This document shows positions 25,820-32,652 of a stretch of DNA of 38,526 nucleotides, piece after piece. The notes below the pieces were generated by a model that was given only the letters and a program-made list of their open reading frames with translations, did not search any database and had not been told where the DNA came from. A program made the translations under genes and the position numbers. Position 1 is the first letter of the stretch. Every line of letters begins with the position of its first letter. Source of the DNA: an uncultured Bdellovibrionales bacterium. GTDB lineage: Bacteria > Patescibacteriota > Minisyncoccia > Moranbacterales > UBA2206. The stretch spans positions 1 to 38,526 of the forward strand of contig CAZMNQ010000001.1 in the NCBI GenBank assembly GCA_964567695.1. Reading direction: 5' to 3'.

Positions 25820-25850
25820 CAGATCCCCCTTCCCGGATCTGCTTTTTTAT
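25819..25850 (+). terminator. intrinsic terminator of the 55-aa ORF
   Basis: GCAGATCC, 8-nt loop, GGATCTGC followed by TTTTTT. Confidence 0.8.
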
Positions 25851-25859
25851 AAGCAAAAT

Positions 25860-27500
25860 CTATACTTTCGTTTTTATCTTTTCAGGATTGATTCCGGCAA
25901 CTGCCAGAAACAACCAAAGAAATCCCAATAAAATTCCGGAGTTGAACATATTGGGAATCAGGAGAGCGAAAAAACCTAGGAGTATAAATAGGCCAGCAGT
26001 TTTTGTGTCCGTGTCTTTGCGCAGAAAATTTTTGAGCGCCGCAGCTATGACAAACGCCCAGATAGCTATAAAACTCAAGAGTCCCAACAATCCGGCGCCT
26101 AGCCAAACTTCTAAAAAGATATTGCTGGCATTAAGTCCCGCGCCTCGTTCATCGGTTCCCAGAAAGTCACTGATGGTCCCCCAGCCAATTCCCAGCACTG
26201 GATGCTCTTTAATCAGTCTCCAGGACTTTCCATACACCACGCTTCGTATGTTGACATTCGGATCCTTACGATAAATTTCACTCACGATATTTCCAATTTT
26301 TTTCTCCTGATCAATTTCTTCCAGATTGATATGACGGCAACCATAACGAACATATTCATCCTCACTGTTTACAGTTTGAGGTATGGCCATGTCTAAACCA
26401 CCTGGACAAGCGATGGTAATTTTTTGCAATCCTGTCCCAGTGCTCCGCACGCGATTAAATAGTTGAAAGTTTGTCAGACTGAAAATATAAACAATGGCAA
26501 GGCTAATTATAAAAGCAGATATAATCTTAATTTTTAGCCTGATTGTTTCTTTCCACTGCCACTGTTGAAAATTCCATTTTAAATCTGTAAAAGCAACAAA
26601 CAGAAAAATAGCAGTCACTCCCAGCGCCCCCAGCCAAGCACTACGAGAAACAGTCAAAATCAAAGAAATAAAAACCAATGTCAAAAATAAATATAACGCC
26701 GTTTTAAAAATTTGATATTTAGAAATTGAAAATTGTTTGAAAATTGGAAATTGAAAATTGGAAATTACAGACACAGCGTTATCACGATCTCTATCAAAAA
26801 AATAAATCACTGAATATATTGCGGCCAGCAAAAGAACCAAAAAAATTCCCAGCCAATCCGCTTCCGCAAAACTTGCATTTGGCCGTCCCGGCATAACTTC
26901 AAAACTTGAAAGATTGTGCAAAAACCTGACATTCTGCCAGATGCCATAGAACATCACTACCACGGAAGAACTGAGAAAAAAAGGAATTATTTTTTTGAGA
27001 TCATCTGTCGTCTGGACATAATTACGCGCCAAAAAATACAGGAAGATAAACGACACGACAATAACCGACTGTTTCAAGCTAACGCCTTTGGTTTGCGAAC
27101 CGGCCACACTCAAAAAACTAGCCACGCCCATTATTATAATCAAAAAATCATACCAAATTAATTTTGTAAGTTTAAAATTAAGCCTGTTAGTGGATAGACG
27201 GATTATGATTGCCAAGATCGTCAGGCCGCCAAAAAATTGATAGGGACGGATAGCGATTCCCAACTCCGCTGGCGCCAAATTGATATTTTCCAGCATTACT
27301 GTGCCCGCAAAAAAAAGAAAAACCCACCCTGGCCGATATAGAGCGAGGGCGAGAGTCAAAATTGCAAAGAAAATAAAATCCCCTAGTTGCAACGGCAGAA
27401 CTTTCATATTGGAAAGCAAAATTAAAAAGAAAATCAAAAAAACATTGACCATGAGTAATATTATTTGGTTTTTATTTTTTATAAACATTTGCGTTGTCAT
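25860..27500 (-). CDS. O-antigen ligase/polymerase-like polytopic membrane protein (Wzy_C domain)
   Basis: At least 10 predicted TM helices, the characteristic SRSAWLGALG motif, and a large extracytoplasmic loop afterwards. Confidence 0.85.
   Translation of the reverse strand: MTTQMFIKNKNQIILLMVNVFLIFFLILLSNMKVLPLQLGDFIFFAILTLALALYRPGWVFLFFAGTVMLENINLAPAELGIAIRPYQFFGGLTILAIIIRLSTNRLNFKLTKLIWYDFLIIIMGVASFLSVAGSQTKGVSLKQSVIVVSFIFLYFLARNYVQTTDDLKKIIPFFLSSSVVVMFYGIWQNVRFLHNLSSFEVMPGRPNASFAEADWLGIFLVLLLAAIYSVIYFFDRDRDNAVSVISNFQFPIFKQFSISKYQIFKTALYLFLTLVFISLILTVSRSAWLGALGVTAIFLFVAFTDLKWNFQQWQWKETIRLKIKIISAFIISLAIVYIFSLTNFQLFNRVRSTGTGLQKITIACPGGLDMAIPQTVNSEDEYVRYGCRHINLEEIDQEKKIGNIVSEIYRKDPNVNIRSVVYGKSWRLIKEHPVLGIGWGTISDFLGTDERGAGLNASNIFLEVWLGAGLLGLLSFIAIWAFVIAAALKNFLRKDTDTKTAGLFILLGFFALLIPNMFNSGILLGFLWLFLAVAGINPEKIKTKV
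26722..26767 (-). repeat. imperfect heptamer/14-mer tandem repeat (GAAATTG/AAAATTG) inside the Wzy_C gene
   Basis: gaaattgaaaattg-tttgaaaattg-gaaattgaaaattg-gaaatta. It encodes ISNFQFPIFKQFSIS. Confidence 0.8.
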
Positions 27501-27614
27501 TCCAGCGTAGGCGGGAATCTAGTATAAAAACTTAAAGATTCGCGACTGGATTCCCGCCTGCCTACCTGCCTACCGGACAGGCAGGCCGGACAGGCAGGTT
27601 TTCACGGGAATGAC
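27496..27614. repeat. compound palindromic element exactly filling the GT4/Wzy_C intercistronic gap
   Basis: Outer inverted repeat GTCATTCC...GGAATGAC. Inner 11-bp stem AGGCGGGAATC...GATTCCCGCCT. Then duplicated family-B units: (CCTGCCTA)x2, CCGGA, CAGGCAGG, CCGGA, CAGGCAGG. Confidence 0.85.
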
Positions 27615-28792
27615 TATAAGCTCTTTATTATATTTAAAACTTTGGTCACAAATTTTTCCCAAGAAAAATATTGAGCGCGCTCACGACCGCGCGCCTCAAG
27701 TGTCGCACGCAGTTCCGGATTGATCAAAACATTTCTCATCACCATCGCAATATCTTTCGGATCATCCGGATTGCAATATAAAATACTATCCAGTCCCACT
27801 TCCGGCAAAGATGATTTCTTCGAAGCAATGACCGCTGTGCCTACATTCATCGCTTCCAGAACCGGAATGCCAAAACCTTCGTAGTGTGACGGATAGACAA
27901 AAAATAACGCCTGTTCAAATAGCGCTGGCATATCCGCCTGCGGAGTTCTGTTTAATAATTTAACATGTTGAGTTAAATTTAGTTCTCTCAATAATTTTTC
28001 CGCATCCACGGCCAACGGCGCCAATTGAGGCAAGAGCTTTCCATACACAACCAACTCCGGCATTTCTTTAATAAAATGCAAGGTTTTATTGGATTCCACT
28101 AAATATTTATACGCACGGATAACGCCCTCCACATTTTTCCGAATTTCCATTCCCCCGCCGGCCAAAATATAGCCGGGTTTTAATTTGTATTTCAGCAGCA
28201 GAGACAAGACATGCCTCGTGTCTACAGTTTTTTTGTAAATCTCATCACAATCAATATAATTAACCGCAATCTTTTCAGCTTCGATTCCCAGCTGCTGAAT
28301 CAAATCTTTTTCCGTCCGCGATGACACGGTCAAAATTTTATCCGCCCTGCGAATAGCTTTTTCCGTCAGGTTCCAATACTTCTTTTTTCTGGAATTATTC
28401 AAATATTCCGGAAACAGTTTCGGCACAATATCATGCACCACCATTATATGCGCCACATCAATCGTCGTGATGGTTGGGCATTGATAGAGAGACAGTAAAA
28501 CATCACAACTGTCTTTTTTAACCATTCTCGGCAAGAAATATTTTTCCCACAAAATCTTGCGCGCCAAATCATCTCGTTTCCAAAACGGCAAAAAAATCCG
28601 CTTTGTAAAGTTCTTTGGCAATTTTATATCTTTCGGAAGTTCTTCTTCCAAATATAAAATGAATTCTACATCACCTCGAAATTCGAAATTCGAAATTCGA
28701 AATTCCGTCAACTTCTTTAAAAAGTTGACGGTAACCTGTCCGATGCCAGTGGAGGCTTTTCTGGCAAATGAAGCGTTGATTCCAATTCGCAT
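27614..28792 (-). CDS. glycosyltransferase family 4
   Basis: MRIGINAS...TGIGQ N-terminus and EGFGIPVLEAMNVGTAV motif. Confidence 0.9.
   Translation of the reverse strand: MRIGINASFARKASTGIGQVTVNFLKKLTEFRISNFEFRGDVEFILYLEEELPKDIKLPKNFTKRIFLPFWKRDDLARKILWEKYFLPRMVKKDSCDVLLSLYQCPTITTIDVAHIMVVHDIVPKLFPEYLNNSRKKKYWNLTEKAIRRADKILTVSSRTEKDLIQQLGIEAEKIAVNYIDCDEIYKKTVDTRHVLSLLLKYKLKPGYILAGGGMEIRKNVEGVIRAYKYLVESNKTLHFIKEMPELVVYGKLLPQLAPLAVDAEKLLRELNLTQHVKLLNRTPQADMPALFEQALFFVYPSHYEGFGIPVLEAMNVGTAVIASKKSSLPEVGLDSILYCNPDDPKDIAMVMRNVLINPELRATLEARGRERAQYFSWEKFVTKVLNIIKSL
28677..28704 (-). repeat. perfect heptanucleotide tandem repeat (CGAAATT x4) inside the GT4 gene
   Basis: cgaaatt x4. It encodes EFRISNFEFRG near the N-terminus. 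Confidence 0.9.
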
Positions 28793-28829
28793 AATACATT
28801 TATTTTACCCTAAATTTGAGAAAAAGAAA

Positions 28830-28864
28830 ACCGCCTGCTGGCAAACGAAGTGCCAGCAGGCGGT
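28830..28864 (-). terminator. intrinsic terminator after the 113-aa membrane protein gene
   Basis: ACCGCCTGCTGGCA, 7-nt loop, TGCCAGCAGGCGGT. On the minus strand it is followed by TTTCTTTTTC. Confidence 0.8.
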
Positions 28865-28901
28865 ATGAATCAAACAGTGGTTATTTTTTATGAAAAATAG
28901 T

Positions 28902-29243
28902 TCACGCTGTTGGATTTTCATTTTCATTCTCATCCATTCTTCTTTCGGACCAAGCCTTCAACAATACAACCGCCAAATAACCCAGAATAGCCACCCCTAC
29001 GCCAACTGCAGCTTCCTCAATTCGTGACAAATGCAGTAAATTATATTTGATCATTACGAAGAAAACAATACAGTAGCCCATAAAAGAAACTGCAGCCAGA
29101 CCGTCAAAAAATACTTTTTCCAGATCATCAACTCGGTGTCTCGTTTCAATAGCCACAAAAAATAAACAGCTAAAAAAGAGACAGAAGACTACCGAAAACA
29201 CCGCGCCACTAGCTTGCCAAATCCAATTGTTCATCATCTCCAA
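28902..29243 (-). CDS. hypothetical three-TM small membrane protein with acidic C-terminal tail
   Basis: GGAGG SD lies 6 nt upstream of the ATG. There are three hydrophobic helices and the tail is SERRMDENENENPTA. Confidence 0.6.
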   Translation of the reverse strand: MEMMNNWIWQASGAVFSVVFCLFFSCLFFVAIETRHRVDDLEKVFFDGLAAVSFMGYCIVFFVMIKYNLLHLSRIEEAAVGVGVAILGYLAVVLLKAWSERRMDENENENPTA

Positions 29244-29340
29244 CCTCCAAGTCGATATTCTTTTTTAAAAAAGCCACCCCTTGCCGATACGCCTATGATT
29301 GCACATAAAAACAACATTGGTCAAGCACTTAACTATTTTT

Positions 29341-29364
29341 TAGAGGCCTCTATAGAAGCTTCTA
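29341..29364. promoter_or_regulatory. two abutting perfect 12-bp palindromes in a divergent promoter region (candidate operator)
   Basis: TAGAGGCCTCTA followed directly by TAGAAGCTTCTA. They sit between the divergent genes at 28902-29243 (-) and 29477-29767 (+). Confidence 0.4.
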
Positions 29365-29476
29365 CATCACGATTGGAAACGAGTTTGATTTGCCATCAAA
29401 CTAGATTTAAATTAGGATGGAAACAGGGATGACTAGTTAAAAATTTAAATGCCGAGGAGCAAGGGAGGATGTGATT

Positions 29477-29767
29477 ATGGAGATCATTTATTGCTGTGGG
29501 ATTTGTGGCGCCAATCATGGCACTGCCGAAAAAGCCTTGGAATGCGAGGCGCTAGGATTCCACCCGCTGTATAAAATTACGGACAAAGCGCTCTATCAGG
29601 GTGATGTAGCCACAATCACCGATCGCAGCATTGTCCCGAGAATGCACACCTTTATCTACCGTTTCCGGATGCTGCCAGAGGATAATCCCGGCGCAATAAT
29701 TTTTATCTGTGGCTTCAGACGCGAAGATGAGTTATCTCCACTGCCCCACCTGCAGGTGTGTGCGTAG
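29477..29767 (+). CDS. hypothetical 96-aa protein with N-terminal CCxxC...C motif (possible zinc ribbon)
   Basis: GGGAGGA SD lies 8 nt upstream of the ATG at 29477; the track's GTG start at 29471 is less likely. The ORF is visibly GC-richer than its neighbours. I recognise no family. Confidence 0.6.
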   Translation: MEIIYCCGICGANHGTAEKALECEALGFHPLYKITDKALYQGDVATITDRSIVPRMHTFIYRFRMLPEDNPGAIIFICGFRREDELSPLPHLQVCA

Positions 29768-29797
29768 AAAATCGCAAAACATCCGCCAGCAATGACA

Positions 29798-29832
29798 AAA
29801 AGGCTTGGAATCTTCCCGGCCTTTTCTTTTTT
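29798..29832 (+). terminator. possible intrinsic terminator
   Basis: AAAAGGCT, 12-nt loop, GGCCTTTT, then CTTTTTT. The stem is weak, with three G-C pairs. Confidence 0.45.
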
Positions 29833-29849
29833 ATAGAAGTCTGCTTGAT

Positions 29850-29879
29850 TTGACTAACCACCCTCTTCATCTATATAAT
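29850..29879 (+). promoter_or_regulatory. putative promoter of the dehydrogenase gene
   Basis: TTGACT, 18-nt spacer, TATAAT. Confidence 0.5.
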
Positions 29880-29943
29880 GACACTTAGTTACCTAAATAA
29901 TTTCTATAAACAGAAGAGGTTAAAAATTTAATCGAAAAAAAAT

Positions 29944-31227
29944 ATGTCAGAACAAAAAAAAGGAAAAGTTTGTGTTGTTGGCTTGGGCTATGTCGGCTTG
30001 CCACTGGCAGTGCGTTGTGTGGAAAAAGGTTATGAAACTTATGGACTTGAGCGAGATGAAAATAAAGTTGGTTTGATCAATGCCGGCAAGAGTCCGATTG
30101 AGGAAAAATTTTTGGAAGAAAATTTGCCAAAATTCCATCCCACCGCAACCACTGACGAAAAAATCATCAAGAAATGCGACATCATTCTGATTTGCGTTCC
30201 CACTCCGGTGGACAGCCTGTATGTGCCGGATCTTTCTCCAGTCATAAGCGCTACTGAAGCGGTCGTAAGAAATCTCAAAAAAGGCGCGTTGGTGGTTTTG
30301 GAATCAACTGTCAATCCTGGCGTCAGCGAAGAAGTTGTGAAGCCGATTTTTGAAGCGGCTGGATATAAAGTTGGAACGGATGTTTTCATCGCGCATTGTC
30401 CTGAGCGAATTAATCCAGGCGATGCCAAATGGAATGTCACCAACATTCCGCGCGTGGTTGGATCCTTTAACGCCAAAGGCTTGGCCACAGCCGTGGCTTT
30501 TTATGAAAGCATCGTTGACGGCGGAATTCGTCCAATGAAATCAATTCGCGAAGCGGAGGCAGTTAAAATTGTGGAAAATTCATTTCGCGATATCAACATT
30601 GCCTTTGTAAATGAATTGGCCAAATCTTTTGATAAGCTTAATATTGATGTGAAAGATGTGATTCTGGGCGCTGCCACTAAACCCTTTGCTTTTATGGCAC
30701 ACTTTCCTTCCTGCGGCGTGGGCGGACATTGCATTCCCGTAGATCCATATTATCTGATTGAACGCGCCAAAAAATCCGGCTTTGACCATAAATTTTTGAA
30801 AATAGCGAGAGAAATAAATAATTCCATGCCAGCCTATACGGTTGAACTTATGCATCACGCGCTAAATAGCTTGAGCATCGCAATGAAAGGCACAAAGATT
30901 GGCGTGCTCGGAATTTCCTATAAGGCCAATGTGGATGATGTGCGCGAATCGCCGACTTTCAAGATTCTAGCTCTGCTTGATGAGCATGGCGCAAAATATG
31001 AAACCTTTGACCCGCATATCTTGAAAAAATCCAGTATTAAAAATCTTGAATCATTATTAAAAAAAGTTGACGCACTTATCATTGCCACTGATCACAAAGA
31101 GTTTAAAGAAATTGATCCAAAAATATTCAAAAAAAATAAAATCAAAGTTATCATTGACGGAAAAAATTGTCTTGATAAAGATGCCATTAAAAAACTTGGG
31201 ATTATCTATAAGGGCATCGGTCGATAA
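29944..31227 (+). CDS. nucleotide-sugar dehydrogenase (UDP-glucose/GDP-mannose dehydrogenase family; WecC/Cap5O-like)
   Basis: Rossmann motif VVGLGYVGLPLA and catalytic Cys context GVGGHCIPVDP. The length is about 427 aa. Confidence 0.93.
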   Translation: MSEQKKGKVCVVGLGYVGLPLAVRCVEKGYETYGLERDENKVGLINAGKSPIEEKFLEENLPKFHPTATTDEKIIKKCDIILICVPTPVDSLYVPDLSPVISATEAVVRNLKKGALVVLESTVNPGVSEEVVKPIFEAAGYKVGTDVFIAHCPERINPGDAKWNVTNIPRVVGSFNAKGLATAVAFYESIVDGGIRPMKSIREAEAVKIVENSFRDINIAFVNELAKSFDKLNIDVKDVILGAATKPFAFMAHFPSCGVGGHCIPVDPYYLIERAKKSGFDHKFLKIAREINNSMPAYTVELMHHALNSLSIAMKGTKIGVLGISYKANVDDVRESPTFKILALLDEHGAKYETFDPHILKKSSIKNLESLLKKVDALIIATDHKEFKEIDPKIFKKNKIKVIIDGKNCLDKDAIKKLGIIYKGIGR

Positions 31228-31240
31228 AATCAAGCTGCGC

Positions 31241-31289
31241 TAGGAGCTAAGCTCCAGCAAAGCCATAACCTATCAGGAGCTTAGTTCCT
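31241..31289. repeat. degenerate family-A-related palindromic pair
   Basis: TAGGAGCTAAGCTCC ... AGGAGCTTAGTTCCT shares the GAGCTAAGCTC core with family A. Confidence 0.5.
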
Positions 31290-31332
31290 TTCAAGCTCCT
31301 TTCAACTTCCAATGCCGGTAAATACGCAAACT

Positions 31333-31361
31333 GCCAAGCTCCGAAAAAATCGGAGCTTGGC
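31333..31361 (+). terminator. 12-bp hairpin; possible terminator of the dehydrogenase gene
   Basis: GCCAAGCTCCGA-AAAAA-TCGGAGCTTGGC. The U-tract is poor. Confidence 0.5.
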
Positions 31362-31433
31362 TTGCTAAAGAGCTGGATTTCTGCGATAATAGAGATAGAA
31401 AATAAACACTATAATAAATTAAGAATATACGCT

Positions 31434-31664
31434 ATGTTTAGTCTTTTAAAGTTGGTTATCTGGATTGTCGGCCTGGTTGTTGTGGTCTATTTTGCCTTGC
31501 CACATTTCGGCTATGAAGTTAATTTAAATTATTTTGATGAAAGCAAAGAAAAATGCCAAGCCAGAATAAATGATTGCACCAAGGAACTGATCCAACAAGG
31601 CACCAAAAATGCCCAGTGTGATTTTAATTGCGTTGACCCACAACTAATATTTAAAAAGAAATAA
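31434..31664 (+). CDS. 76-aa signal-anchored protein with four Cys in the exported part
   Basis: I chose the ATG at 31434 over the track's TTG at 31362. The TM helix is LLKLVIWIVGLVVVVYFAL. The stop overlaps the GT2 start (TAATG). Confidence 0.55.
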   Translation: MFSLLKLVIWIVGLVVVVYFALPHFGYEVNLNYFDESKEKCQARINDCTKELIQQGTKNAQCDFNCVDPQLIFKKK

Positions 31665-32644
31665 TGAAACTTATCATAAACATTCCAGCTTATAATGAAG
31701 ATGAGCTCGTTGGAAAAACTATCAAAAAAATCAAAGAAAGTTTCGGCGCTGATTTTTATTCTAAAAAGGGAGCTGCTATCACTGAAAAGCTGATTCAAGT
31801 TATTGATGACGGCTCAACCGATGACACGGCGCAAAAAGCCAAGGATTTCGGAGCGGATATCGTAATTTCCTACAAACCCAATCGCCGTCTAGCCTATTCC
31901 TTCAAACAAGCTGTTGAAAACTCATTGCTGGAAGGTGCTGATTTGATGGTTAATATTGATGCTGACGGACAATTTAATCCCAATGACATCCCTAAATTAT
32001 TATCACCCATACTGGACGGCAAGGCGGACATGGTCATTGCCAACAGATTCGGAGAGATGAAGGCAAAAAACATTCCTTGGCTGCGAAAAAATCTGAATAA
32101 ATTTGCGGCTGGTGTCATCGGTTTTTTTCTTAACTATAAAACTAACGATCTGACTTGCGGATTTCGCGCCCACAATCGAGAAGCATTATTGAAATTAAAC
32201 CTGACTAATATCAACTTCACCTACACCCAAGAAACTATCATTGATGCCATCGGAAAAAACCTGAAACTTTTTTGGGTTCCAATTGAAGTGACCTATTTTG
32301 ACAATCGCGAAGCTAAAATAACCAAATCCATTTGGAAATTTGTCAACAATTCCACCAAAATCATCTTGAAAGCTGTGCGTGATGTGCGTCCGATGAAATT
32401 TTTCGGCGTTCCGGGATTGTTTTTGATTTTTATGTCTTTCATTTCTCTGGCTATTTTTTTGTACAATTATTTATTGGATTTCAAAATAACACCCTATCGA
32501 AATTATCTGATTTTCGGCATTACGATCTTCCTAATCGGCCTTCAATTTGTTGTTTTCGCCCTGATTGCCGATATGATCAAGTCATCCAGACAATTAACTG
32601 AGGAACTCTTGTACCAGTGGAAAAAAGATAAGTATAAAAAATAG
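31664..32644 (+). CDS. GT2 polyprenyl-phosphate glycosyltransferase (DPM1/GtrB/ArnC-like) with two C-terminal TM helices
   Basis: INIPAYNE, DDGSTDDT and NIDADGQ motifs, plus C-terminal hydrophobic helices. Confidence 0.9.
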   Translation: MKLIINIPAYNEDELVGKTIKKIKESFGADFYSKKGAAITEKLIQVIDDGSTDDTAQKAKDFGADIVISYKPNRRLAYSFKQAVENSLLEGADLMVNIDADGQFNPNDIPKLLSPILDGKADMVIANRFGEMKAKNIPWLRKNLNKFAAGVIGFFLNYKTNDLTCGFRAHNREALLKLNLTNINFTYTQETIIDAIGKNLKLFWVPIEVTYFDNREAKITKSIWKFVNNSTKIILKAVRDVRPMKFFGVPGLFLIFMSFISLAIFLYNYLLDFKITPYRNYLIFGITIFLIGLQFVVFALIADMIKSSRQLTEELLYQWKKDKYKK

Positions 32645-32652
32645 ACACGCTC

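Noticed and set aside
14099-28704. CRISPR array or other spacer-containing repeat locus.
   Set aside because: All tandem repeats are 7-nt units without spacers and lie inside CDSs. The long palindromes are single dispersed copies. No cas genes are present.
29214-29432. 72-aa plus-strand ORF spanning the divergent promoter region.
   Set aside because: It starts inside the minus-strand membrane protein gene and runs through the operator palindromes and promoter elements. It has no SD. It is best explained as a chance ORF.
341-30734. Numerous antisense or shadow ORFs in the track (e.g. 341-661, 1032-1397, 19415-19981, 25888-26274, 30039-30488, 15684-15992, 17115-17441).
   Set aside because: Each lies wholly within a gene on the opposite strand or in another frame that has unmistakable conserved motifs. 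Their sequences are low-complexity and have no recognisable domains.
31362-31433. TTG-initiated 24-codon N-terminal extension of the 100-aa ORF, and likewise the 35649 start of the 149-aa ORF.
   Set aside because: The extensions overlap a hairpin/promoter region or the upstream gene and are not hydrophobic. Internal ATGs (31434, 35736) sit directly before the signal-anchor helices.
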